A DNA stretch of 64,000 bases, taken from NCBI GenBank assembly GCA_964575955.1, contig CAZNTG010000006.1:384001-448000 (forward strand), read 5' to 3'. Position 1 is the first letter of the stretch. Every line of letters starts with the position of its first letter. The notes under the pieces are model-generated. The model had not been told where the DNA came from. It did no database searches and was given only the letters and a program-made list of their open reading frames with translations. The translations under genes were made by a program, and so were the position numbers. Positions 42,446 to 52,256 of the stretch are shown here, in pieces. This DNA comes from an uncultured Thermoproteaceae archaeon. GTDB taxonomy: Archaea > Thermoproteota > Thermoprotei > Thermoproteales > Thermocladiaceae.

Positions 42446-42671
42446 GTCGACCTCACAAGTTTTCTCTCATTCTCAAACTTAAATATTACTACACCATTTT
42501 TTTCCTCAAAAATATTTTGACTCAGGAAATGTAGTTGAAGTCTAGTGAAACATGCTGTATTGAAGAGGTATTGACTTTACGTTACTCATTCAAGTCTTCT
42601 TTAACAGCTTTTTAGCTCACTTCAACTTCACATTATGAAGAGGAGAGAATGTATATAAGACTCTAAATAGG

Positions 42672-43391
42672 GTGGTTTCTGTGCATCCTACATATTCTCT
42701 CTACTTTACTGTTGGTTTCTCACCTGAGTTTATAGTACCCAGATTATTGTCATTCAAGTCGAAGGATATTGACCAGGTTTGGCTTGTTAGAATTAGGACG
42801 GGTCGTTCTGAAGACAGAAAGTCGGAGTACGCTGCTCTGTTGGTGAAACAAGCGTTAAGTCTTAGCATAAAAGTTGGCGAGATTGTGCTTGATTCTCTAG
42901 ATGTTACATCCATGCTATGTACACTTTCAGAACATATGTTAGATAGAGTTATGCAAGGTCAAGGTCTTCTTGTAAATGTTAGTGGTGGTCCACGTATTTT
43001 ATCTATAGTCACCTTGCTATCTGCTGTCATAGTTAAGGCATTATCTGGATCTTCGTATGTAGATATTGAGATAGTACCTGAATATGCAGTTGATAAGGGT
43101 TATACTATAGACTTAACCTCACTTACTGAAGCATTTGTACATGGTCTTGAATATATCATTAGGAAAATTAGACAGACTAGACTTAAAGACATTCTATTGG
43201 CAGCTTCTGAAGATGGTAAGATAACTACTCGATATCTAGCAGATATTCTAAATATTAAAGAGAGTACTGTAAGTAATTACTTATACGAACTTGTTCAATA
43301 CGACCTAGTGAAGTCTATACAGAAGGGTATTTACGAATTAACACCTATAGGTAAGGTTCTATCTAAATTACTGAAGAAGTTGCACAGTTAG
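42672..43391 (+). CDS. csa3: Csa3 CARF-wHTH transcriptional regulator
   Basis: TVGF, VNVSGGPRIL CARF motif, C-terminal wHTH ending LTPIG. Confidence 0.9.
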   Translation: MVSVHPTYSLYFTVGFSPEFIVPRLLSFKSKDIDQVWLVRIRTGRSEDRKSEYAALLVKQALSLSIKVGEIVLDSLDVTSMLCTLSEHMLDRVMQGQGLLVNVSGGPRILSIVTLLSAVIVKALSGSSYVDIEIVPEYAVDKGYTIDLTSLTEAFVHGLEYIIRKIRQTRLKDILLAASEDGKITTRYLADILNIKESTVSNYLYELVQYDLVKSIQKGIYELTPIGKVLSKLLKKLHS

Positions 43392-43400
43392 ATCTATACA

Positions 43401-44258
43401 ATGAGTACCTACATAGTTGTTGTAAGAATATACTTAACACCGAAACATGATATCATATTGACAAACTTTACAGGAACTGTAGTTGAATCCTTTTTACTAA
43501 AGTTAATTGATAATGTCGAACCAGGACTTAGTGATAAACTTCACAATACTAGAGGTCCTAAGCCATTCTCTGTAACTCCCTTCTTCATAGGTAAAAAGCC
43601 TATAATAGGCATCAAACCAGTGCATGTACAAGCAGGTTCAAAATTGTGGTTTAGAATCTCGATTATAGGTGATCTAGCTATTAGAGCTATTCCACAATTT
43701 CTGGACCTGATAGATAAAGAAGTGACATTTTTTAAAAATAGCATAAAGCTCATAGTCGAGAATGTGGAAGTTGATATAGTTGACATTAACACACTATTTA
43801 ACAATGATGTGAATTATAAAGCATTTAAAATTAATTTTTTAACACCTACAAGATTTGCATTAAGAAGACCGAGAAGATCTAAAAGAGCTAGATTTTGCTT
43901 TTGTCCAGATGCTTGGAGAATTATTAAGTCAAGTCTTAAACATTGGAGATACTTCACTAACATACACATATCTGACAAGGTAATACAATGGGCTTACCAA
44001 TATGTAATACTTGCCGACTTTGGACCTTTTAGAGGTGTTAAATCTAACGTAATCACCGTTAGATTACCTAGAGGAGGTATTGCAAGAGGTTACGTGGGAT
44101 TTGCACTTTACCAAATACTTGGACGTAGAAGATTAAGTGAATTTTGGGCTCTGATAAGATATGCAGAGCTTATGAATGTAGGTACTGGTAGGAGTATGGG
44201 TCTAGGTGTCATTAGTGTTAAAAAGCTTGAGTGTAGGAAAGTTAAAACGACATCTTAA
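43401..44258 (+). CDS. cas6: Cas6 endoribonuclease
   Basis: LH....KPFSVTP, FLTPTRF, GTGRSMGLG glycine-rich loop. Confidence 0.95.
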   Translation: MSTYIVVVRIYLTPKHDIILTNFTGTVVESFLLKLIDNVEPGLSDKLHNTRGPKPFSVTPFFIGKKPIIGIKPVHVQAGSKLWFRISIIGDLAIRAIPQFLDLIDKEVTFFKNSIKLIVENVEVDIVDINTLFNNDVNYKAFKINFLTPTRFALRRPRRSKRARFCFCPDAWRIIKSSLKHWRYFTNIHISDKVIQWAYQYVILADFGPFRGVKSNVITVRLPRGGIARGYVGFALYQILGRRRLSEFWALIRYAELMNVGTGRSMGLGVISVKKLECRKVKTTS

Positions 44259-44868
44259 CACAATATTTTCTAAACCAACAATTAGCACATTTCCATGTAC
44301 TAGCTGCTCTTCTAGGTATATCTCCATAAATTAAACACTTTCTCAATTTCTCTATCTCATCTATAACTAGCTTCTTCAAATCTTCAGTTATATCTACACG
44401 TACAAGCTTGTCAGACTTAACATAGTACAGATATCCTTCACAAACAGCTCTTCTAAACATCTCCTCAAGACATAATGCATATGCTGTTAATTGAGCTTTA
44501 TGATGAATAGGTATATCCCTACTACCCAACATACTTAACTTAATCTCTATTGGTATTGGAATACCATTACGAAATATTAACATATCTAGAATACCTTTAA
44601 TACGAAACTTCTCACAATACACAAATACTTTCGAGACCTTTCTATCATATTTAAACCTTCTATAGAACAAGGTCTTTCTAAACTCCTCATAATTAATTAA
44701 ACTATTATGAAGATCTCTACCCTCAATTACATATTCAAACGGAGGTTCAGACATACCTAAAACATACCTAAAATAGACATATCTAGGACAATAAAACCAC
44801 TGTTTAATAAGAGAAATATCTATATAAGACTGATCACTCAATACAGGATCAGACACAGAATATGACAT
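44242..44868 (-). CDS. cas4: Cas4
   Basis: YCPR, G..D, P.EIK, QLTAYAL, KC.NCWF...C. Confidence 0.95.
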   Translation of the reverse strand: MSYSVSDPVLSDQSYIDISLIKQWFYCPRYVYFRYVLGMSEPPFEYVIEGRDLHNSLINYEEFRKTLFYRRFKYDRKVSKVFVYCEKFRIKGILDMLIFRNGIPIPIEIKLSMLGSRDIPIHHKAQLTAYALCLEEMFRRAVCEGYLYYVKSDKLVRVDITEDLKKLVIDEIEKLRKCLIYGDIPRRAASTWKCANCWFRKYCVKMSF

Positions 44869-44947
44869 CTATCTGAATATCTATAAACACTACCAGATTT
44901 AACATTTTCGAAAAAATTCGAAAGATAATTCACACATCCTCATCTTA

Positions 44948-45022
44948 TGGTGGGCCCGCCGGGATTCGAACCCGGGATCACCCGCGCGTCAGGCGGGCAT
45001 CCTGCCGCTAGACTACGGGCCC
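44948..45022 (-). tRNA. tRNA-Val(GAC), intronless, CCA encoded
   Basis: GGGCCCG acceptor stem, CCCGC-CTGACGC-GCGGG anticodon arm, GGTTCGAATCC T arm, ACCA end. Confidence 0.97.
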
Positions 45023-45088
45023 TTCTCTATCCAACACATGGACTAAACCTATTTTTATTTGTTTCTTCACGTATTACCATTCTCAGAG

Positions 45089-46743
45089 CTTTCAATCCTC
45101 TTATAGAGATTCTTACAATCCAAATGTGCATAAATGTACGATAGTGCACATGAATTTTCAATCCTCTTATAGAGATTCCAAGTACAAACACAAAAGAAGA
45201 AGTACAGAGTATACGGAGAAGTACTTTCAATCCTCTTATAGAGATTCAACTTTTCTATGACGTTACTGTCAGCTAGCTGTACATATATCTTTCAATCCTC
45301 TTATAGAGATTCAGAATGCTACTGCCATCAGGGCTCTTACTTCATAGTAATAACTCTTTCAATCCTCTTATAGAGATTCCAGGACTTTTCTCAAGAACCC
45401 TCCTGAGCTCCTGCACCAGCATCCTTTCAATCCTCTTATAGAGATTCCGTACCTCATGTTCAGGCAGCCTCGTTGCTCTCCTAATGCTCTCCTTTCAATC
45501 CTCTTATAGAGATTCCATCTTTATGACATTAGCATTCTACATTATACCTTTATTAACATTCTTTCAATCCTCTTATAGAGATTCCTCTCAGGAACATCAA
45601 TAGCAACACCAGCAGTCGCTGGAGTACCTTTCAATCCTCTTATAGAGATTCTATGTTGCTTCATTTTGCTAGCGATTTTCTAGAAAATGTATTACCTTTC
45701 AATCCTCTTATAGAGATTCGATGGGAAAATGAGGACATTTGTAAAGATAAGAAACCTGAACAGTTTTCTTTCAATCCTCTTATAGAGATTCCTCTTGAGA
45801 ACCCAACCATAGACATACTCGTCATTGTACATTCTTTCAATCCTCTTATAGAGATTCGAGGCATGGGCAAGCGTGAGGAGGGCCTTGAGCCTAATCTTGA
45901 AGTACTCTTTCAATCCTCTTATAGAGATTCCAGTGTACCGCTAGGATTTGAAATATTCATAGTTGAGAAGAAGAACTTTCAATCCTCTTATAGAGATTCA
46001 AGATTTCCTATGAATAGGAGAAACTTTCTCATAAATGTTCCAAGCTTTCAATCCTCTTATAGAGATTCTCTCAATTAATCTACCTAGACTTGCACTTTTG
46101 TGCTTGAGATACTTTCAATCCTCTTATAGAGATTCTCTTTCTCTGTCTTCTATCTTATAGTTGTACCCCCATGAAAATGCTTTCAATCCTCTTATAGAGA
46201 TTCATCATTTAAAATATATGATTTTTAAAAATATTCGTGATGAGGATCTTTCAATCCTCTTATAGAGATTCTTGATGCAGGATGAAAAACTTTGGACATC
46301 AGAGATTGATATTGACTTTCAATCCTCTTATAGAGATTCTCTATATAAAATGTTTCTATTGCTATACATTCTATTAATATTGCCTTTCAATCCTCTTATA
46401 GAGATTCTCTGGATCAGTTAAGATATCTAATAAATTTCAATCAATTTTTAACTTTCAATCCTCTTATAGAGATTCGTGTAGAGGTAGGAGGATAGTCGTG
46501 TATAGACCAACACTATTCACCTTTCAATCCTCTTATAGAGATTCAAGAACGTCGTTAGAAATCGTAACACCGTCAAGAGTTGTGCACTTTCAATCCTCTT
46601 ATAGAGATTCAAAGCAATAATGTTGACAAAATTTAAGAAACCTAGTATCTGTCTTTCAATCCTCTTATAGAGATTCGGGAACATTTACCTGATTGGTTAA
46701 AAAATGCTTTTGAATATATCTTTCAATCCTCTTATAGAGATTC
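45089..46743 (-). CRISPR. CRISPR array 2, ~25 repeats / 24 spacers, repeat GAATCTCTATAAGAGGATTGAAAG
   Basis: 24-bp CTTTCAATCCTCTTATAGAGATTC every ~68 bp; one variant repeat near 45155 at the trailer end. Confidence 0.99.
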
Positions 46744-47176
46744 GGTTTCTCCTGATTCTCTTTTTGTTCTGTGATTCTTTCTTACTGGTAGTTTTATGCG
46801 TTATCCTTTGGAACACTTACTTTATTACTTTACCGATTATCATCGTGTTCTCATGGTCTATTGTTGAGGATATTCGATATTGTTGAGACAAGATATATCT
46901 ATCCTTATGTAGTGTGATGACACGACAATCGATGTTAGCCTTGTAAAGCGATGGTCTTAGAGTTCTCATCGTATGAATTTGCTATGTTTTAGGCATTCTC
47001 GAATTAGGCTTTGTGTAGAGGAGTAAGGTTGACATTTCTTGCTTATTCCATTTAGTTGTTGTTAGTCTTTGCTGTAGGTAGCGCTATTTCAATTACAAAT
47101 CCTGAGTGAGGAGGAGTAAAAATCTTATCATGAGACCTTACTACTTTAATATCCATGTGCACTAATATCTACATCT

Positions 47177-47341
47177 ATGTCCTTAGAGAAGAAATGTCGA
47201 ACACGAGATCTAGATGTGAACAGAGTTAAGGAACTTGCAAAATTAATAGCTAAACACTATCTTAGAGAAGAGAGATATTCCATCACTGATCGTCTTGTAG
47301 TATCTCCTTTAGCATTATGTTTTTTGTCTCTTAGATTTTAA
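47177..47341 (+). pseudogene. truncated Csa5-like N-terminal remnant
   Basis: my translation MSLEKKCRTRDLDVNRVKELAKLIAKHYLREERYSITDRL.. resembles the Csa5 'RQYNYIDRL' region; upstream motif shared with the csa5 promoter. Confidence 0.5.
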
Positions 47342-47401
47342 TTTTCTGTTCTCTATCTCCTATTTAGGGATAGGCATGGAGAGCTTGTTGTGGAGAGTTT
47401 T

Positions 47402-47450
47402 TCAGTGCTGACCGCGGTCTTCATTTTTCAGTACGTCGTAGGTTCATCAT
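47402..47450 (-). ncRNA. C/D box methylation-guide sRNA
   Basis: minus strand ATGATGA-ACCTACGACGTA-CTGA-AAA-ATGAAGA-CCGCGGTCAGCA-CTGA, canonical boxes and two 12-nt guides. Confidence 0.92.
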
Positions 47451-47491
47451 TTGGGTTTTGTTTATTTATTTCTTATTTCTCTTTTTCTTGT

Positions 47492-48055
47492 ATGTGGTGT
47501 GTCTTGGTTGTTGATATGTTGTATGAGTTTGTTTATGGTAGGCTTAGTTCTCCTTCTGCTAGGTCTATTGTTTCTAATGTTGTTAAGATTGTTGATTGTG
47601 CACGTAGTTTAGCTATTCCTATTGTTCATCTTGTTGATTCTCATCTCCCTGTTGATTTAGAGGTTAGGAAGATTTGGGGTCCACATGCTATGAAGGGTTC
47701 TCCAGAGGCTGCTATTATTCCTGAGCTTAAACCGAGTAGTGATAGGGAGTTTGTTCTTGAGAAGAGGTGGTATAGTGGTTTTAGAGGTACAGGACTTAAT
47801 CAACTTCTAAGAGATTTATCTATTAGTAAGGTTGTGATTACAGGTATTGCAACTAACATATGTGTTCTACATACAGTATGTGATGCAGTTTATGAGAGAT
47901 ATGATGTATATGTTGTTAAAGATGCAACAGCTGCAATACCAATAATTTTTGAAGATTCTGAGAAAGAACATGAAGCATTTATAAAATATATGGAGAAAGT
48001 CTATAAAGCAAATATTGTAAATACAGAAGAGATATTAAAGATGTTTAAAAGCTAA
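47492..48055 (+). CDS. isochorismatase/nicotinamidase-family cysteine hydrolase
   Basis: VVDM..EF, WGPHA..GS, K.WYSGF.GT.L, G.ATNICV; true start ATG 47492. Confidence 0.9.
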   Translation: MWCVLVVDMLYEFVYGRLSSPSARSIVSNVVKIVDCARSLAIPIVHLVDSHLPVDLEVRKIWGPHAMKGSPEAAIIPELKPSSDREFVLEKRWYSGFRGTGLNQLLRDLSISKVVITGIATNICVLHTVCDAVYERYDVYVVKDATAAIPIIFEDSEKEHEAFIKYMEKVYKANIVNTEEILKMFKS

Positions 48056-48061
48056 ATCTAT

Positions 48062-48853
48062 ATGAGTTTAGAAGATTGGAGAGAGATTTTAAAGATTGAA
48101 ATACCTGAAAATCATCCAAGAAGAAGAAGTTTACTAATACGTGAAAAACTTGTACAAGGATTTTTAGATGGGTATGTAGTTCCTCAAGGATTAATAGCTC
48201 ACGGTAGAGGTGAGGCTTTTGACTACATAATTGGTGAAGAAACTACACAATATGCATTAGAAGCAATAAAGGCAGGTGTAGCATCACTACTTTTAGCTAA
48301 ACATCCTGTAATATCTATAAATGGTAATGTTGCTGCACTATGTATAGAAGATGTTGTAGAACTTGCAAAAGAGGTAAATGCTAAAATTGAGATAAACCTA
48401 TTCTACAGAACTTGGAGTAGAATTGGAAAAATTGCAAATATAGTTAGAAAATTTGGAATTGAACCACTTGGAGCAGATGAAGAACATATATGTACAATAC
48501 CTGAACTACATAGTGAACGTAGAAAAGTAGATTGTAGAGGAATATACATAGCAGATGTAGTACTAGTAGCAATTGAAGATGGAGATAGAACAGAAGCATT
48601 AAAGAAGATGGGTAAGAAAGTCATAGCAATAGACCTAAATCCACTATCAAGAACTGCACAATATGCAGATATAACAATAGTTGACAATGTTGTTCGAGCT
48701 ATACCAAAAATGGTAGAGATAGCTAGAGAATTTAAAAAATTATCAAGACAAGAACTTGAGAATATAGTTAAGAAATTCGATAATAAGAAAAATATTAAAG
48801 AAATGTTAAAGTATATGGCTAATAGATTGATAAGTCTAGCTAGACAAGAATAA
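48062..48853 (+). CDS. pps: 4-phosphopantoate--beta-alanine ligase
   Basis: HPR..SL..RE, GLIAHGRGEAFDY, EDGDRTEAL, IDLNPLSRT. Confidence 0.95.
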   Translation: MSLEDWREILKIEIPENHPRRRSLLIREKLVQGFLDGYVVPQGLIAHGRGEAFDYIIGEETTQYALEAIKAGVASLLLAKHPVISINGNVAALCIEDVVELAKEVNAKIEINLFYRTWSRIGKIANIVRKFGIEPLGADEEHICTIPELHSERRKVDCRGIYIADVVLVAIEDGDRTEALKKMGKKVIAIDLNPLSRTAQYADITIVDNVVRAIPKMVEIAREFKKLSRQELENIVKKFDNKKNIKEMLKYMANRLISLARQE

Positions 48854-48863
48854 ATCTTAGAGA

Positions 48864-50711
48864 TTAATCATGTACGTATCTAACTAAAACTTTCTCACTA
48901 TCTTTATGAATTATCTTAACAAAACCATATCTAAATATCTGTACTATACTACCAACATTAACATCTATAATATTCTTCTCAACATATCCATACTCTCTCT
49001 CAAACTCTCTCGATGTTAATGGTGTTTTATCAACTCTCTCAACAATAATTTCAATCTTATCTCTATATGGAACCCATTGGATTATATCTAATCTCAATTT
49101 TCTAGCAGTATCGAGACTATAATCTACAAGTTTTGTAATTATCTTACCATCTCTCTCACCTACATATTCAACATTCATCAACTCCATCAATCTAACTTTA
49201 CCATTTCTCTTCAATAGTTCAACATCTCTTCTAGATATGTAAAGTCTTGCCTTACCATTCTCAACAGGAATCTCTATTCTTCTCTTACCTCTATCTGGAT
49301 AAGATGGATGGTAAGGTATTTCAGTAATTAGTAAATCTTTATCGATACCTTCAATCTCTATCAATACTGGATCTATAACTGCTAGATATCTATTAGCTCT
49401 CTCATCTAGATATTTCCTATTTATTGAATATAGATTTGCTAAACTAATTTTAGCATCTGTAGACTTAATACCAACATTTAACATTATTTCCCAAATAGCT
49501 TCTGGAAGTATTCCACGTTCTCTTAAACCTGATAGTGTTGGTAATCTAGGATCATCATACTTCAAACCAAGTTCTTTAAGTTTAGATTTACTCAATGTAG
49601 CACCTTCAATATGTAATCTTCCAAAATGTATTGTTTCAGGTTGTTCCCATCCAAGATATTTAAATATGTATGACTGTTTTATAGTATTTACACGATGTTC
49701 CTGTGCTCTTAATACATGTGTAATATTCATGAAATGATCATCAACAGCAACAGCAAAGTTATATGTTGGCCAAACTTTAAACTTCTCAGCAAAATTTTCA
49801 CCATACTTCAACACAAGTCTTGGATGTGGTGTATCCACAATTCTCAAGGCAACCCAATCACGTACTGATGGATCAGGATGAGACATGTCAGTCTTTATTC
49901 TAACAACAGCTTTACCTTCACTAAACTCTCCATTTAACATCTTTTCAAAAAGTTCTAAATTATCTTCAACACTTCTAGATCTACAAGGACATTCTCTCTT
50001 CAAATCTCTATAATTTCTCCAAACATCTTCAGGACATGTACATACATATGCATTTCCACTCTCTATAAGTTTCTTAGCAATATTGTAGTATAAACCTTCA
50101 ACAACTCTATCACTCTGTATATACACTGCATCAGGCTTAATACCAAGCCACTCAAGATCATCTATAATAAATTTATACTCTAACAGCTCTCTCTCACTAT
50201 ACCTCTCTCTAACATATGGATCATCTATGAATGGTCTCTTAATCTTAGGGTCAGTATCTTCAAAACGAAGAATAAACCTACTCTCCTTACCTAACCTCTC
50301 ATACTTCAACTTATACGCATAGTTAAGTATGGCTGGTCTAGCATTACCGAGCGTAAGTACAAAATCTGGATTTGGTGCAAATCTCAAAACTATACTACCA
50401 TACTTATAGTCATTTGGTAAAGGTGGTAAAGTCTCAATATCTTTCCTAACTTCCTCTCTCTTCTCTTCGAGAAGTTCAGGCCATCTCTCTCTCAAAATTT
50501 TCAACTGTTCTTCAAGAGTTAGAGAGTTTACATAGTTAACAACATCTTCAACTATACTCAAGACATTTCGTGCTATTTTTCTCAAATCTTTACGTTCAGC
50601 CATTATTTTAGACATAACAGCATTTTTGTTAGCCTTACCACCATACTTCACAGCATTAGCTAGTGCGTATTTCAATGCTAATTCTCTAATCTCAACATCA
50701 CTAATAGTCAT
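48864..50711 (-). CDS. gltX: glutamyl-tRNA synthetase
   Basis: RFAPNP, LRFEDTDP, WPTYNF..AVDDH, LSKS, Q.FRYGF. Confidence 0.97.
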   Translation of the reverse strand: MTISDVEIRELALKYALANAVKYGGKANKNAVMSKIMAERKDLRKIARNVLSIVEDVVNYVNSLTLEEQLKILRERWPELLEEKREEVRKDIETLPPLPNDYKYGSIVLRFAPNPDFVLTLGNARPAILNYAYKLKYERLGKESRFILRFEDTDPKIKRPFIDDPYVRERYSERELLEYKFIIDDLEWLGIKPDAVYIQSDRVVEGLYYNIAKKLIESGNAYVCTCPEDVWRNYRDLKRECPCRSRSVEDNLELFEKMLNGEFSEGKAVVRIKTDMSHPDPSVRDWVALRIVDTPHPRLVLKYGENFAEKFKVWPTYNFAVAVDDHFMNITHVLRAQEHRVNTIKQSYIFKYLGWEQPETIHFGRLHIEGATLSKSKLKELGLKYDDPRLPTLSGLRERGILPEAIWEIMLNVGIKSTDAKISLANLYSINRKYLDERANRYLAVIDPVLIEIEGIDKDLLITEIPYHPSYPDRGKRRIEIPVENGKARLYISRRDVELLKRNGKVRLMELMNVEYVGERDGKIITKLVDYSLDTARKLRLDIIQWVPYRDKIEIIVERVDKTPLTSREFEREYGYVEKNIIDVNVGSIVQIFRYGFVKIIHKDSEKVLVRYVHD

Positions 50712-50773
50712 ATACGTGTTAACAAGTGTAAATACCTTAATAAACCATATCTAATTTTCAAAATTTCATAATT

Positions 50774-51250
50774 ATGAAACTTGAGAAATATGTAAGACAT
50801 ATCAACAATGTGAATACTAACCTCATGAATATTTTAGAAAAATTTAGAAACATGGCTAGAAGTGTGGTATGTAGAGGTAGTAAGTTGATTATGAATGTTG
50901 ATAAAGATAAGATTAGAAATGTTGTAGATGTATTAAATAGTGAAGGTTTTGACACAATACTCTCAATAACTGTTGTAGATATTCCTGATAGGAACATGTT
51001 TATAATTAGATACATATTTTCAAAAAGGGTATTAGATAACTATCCAATTAGGAGAGTTATAGTTCAAACATATGTTAGTAGAGATAGACCTGAGATAGAT
51101 AGTATTAGTGATATCTACCCATTTGCTAACTATCTAGAACGTGAATGTTATGAGATGTTTGGTGTAAGATTTATTGGAAATGATAGATGTAGAGGAACAT
51201 TCTTTCTAGACAAATCTCTAGAGGGTAAGTTTCCTCTTAGGAAAATATGA
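50774..51250 (+). CDS. NuoC-like subunit (complex I / Mbx / Ech family)
   Basis: SI..IYP.A..LERE.YEMFGV.F.G, FPLRK. Confidence 0.85.
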   Translation: MKLEKYVRHINNVNTNLMNILEKFRNMARSVVCRGSKLIMNVDKDKIRNVVDVLNSEGFDTILSITVVDIPDRNMFIIRYIFSKRVLDNYPIRRVIVQTYVSRDRPEIDSISDIYPFANYLERECYEMFGVRFIGNDRCRGTFFLDKSLEGKFPLRKI

Positions 51251-52218
51251 TACCTACAAAACTCATAGCTACATTGATAGTTCCAGGACTTGGTGCTGCA
51301 TTTATATTTGCACTACTCTTAGTATGGCTTGAGAGGAAGTTAACAGCATTAATACAACATAGATATGGACCACTACGTGTAAGTCCTCTTGAAGGTATAT
51401 TACAGCCAATTGCAGATTTTATAAAACTTCTAATATCTGAAATAATAATTCCTGAAGAGAGTATTAAGATATTGTTTATACTCCTACCTGTAGTATTTAA
51501 TATAGTTGTACTACTATGCATAGCCTATATACCTGCAACATCGACATTATACATAGCTAGGTCAAGTATTAGTCTTATAATAGTGCTATTCTTACTCTTG
51601 CTAGCCTCTACCATAGTTGCAATTATTGGATGGTCTGCAACTGACAAGTTTACATATGTTGGTGCTGTTAGAGAGGTACTTCAATCATTATCATATGAGA
51701 TACCTCTCATAATAGTGTTTGCAAGTATTGCAATAATATGTAAGAGCTTTGATATATATAGCATAGTTCTATACCAGAAGAATATACCAATAGCATTACT
51801 AGACCCACCTGCATTTATAGTATTCTTCATATGTTCACTAATGGCTACAAGTAGATTTCCATTTGAAGTTCCTGAAGCTGAGACTGAGATAGTTTTTGGA
51901 CCATATACAGAGTATTCAGGTATTCTATTTGCACTATCATTCTTAGGAATATACTTGAAGATTTATGTATATAGTCTACTTGCATCATGCCTATTTCTAG
52001 GTGGGTGGTTTGGACCTTTATCAAGTTTAGAACCTCTACAACTATTTTGGACATATCTAAAAGCTGGAATATATGCTATAGTCATGGTTCTTACACGTGC
52101 TGCATATCCTAGACTACGTATTGATCAAGTACTTAAGATTGGTCTTGGTAAGTTGACAATTTTAGCTATATGTGCACTAGTGATAGCTATAGTTGTTAGA
52201 ATATTCATTCCAAGATGA
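51247..52218 (+). CDS. NuoH-like membrane subunit
   Basis: ERK..A.IQ.R.GP, LQPIAD.IKL, PFE.PEAE.EIV.G..TEYSG, PR.RIDQ. Confidence 0.9.
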   Translation: MIPTKLIATLIVPGLGAAFIFALLLVWLERKLTALIQHRYGPLRVSPLEGILQPIADFIKLLISEIIIPEESIKILFILLPVVFNIVVLLCIAYIPATSTLYIARSSISLIIVLFLLLLASTIVAIIGWSATDKFTYVGAVREVLQSLSYEIPLIIVFASIAIICKSFDIYSIVLYQKNIPIALLDPPAFIVFFICSLMATSRFPFEVPEAETEIVFGPYTEYSGILFALSFLGIYLKIYVYSLLASCLFLGGWFGPLSSLEPLQLFWTYLKAGIYAIVMVLTRAAYPRLRIDQVLKIGLGKLTILAICALVIAIVVRIFIPR

Positions 52219-52256
52219 GCATATTTATTAGCTAGATCTTCCAAAGATTAGCTAGT

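Noticed and set aside
44948-44990. tRNA-Val 3' end as integration site for the cas locus
   Set aside because: No duplicated tRNA 3' fragment or integrase found in the window
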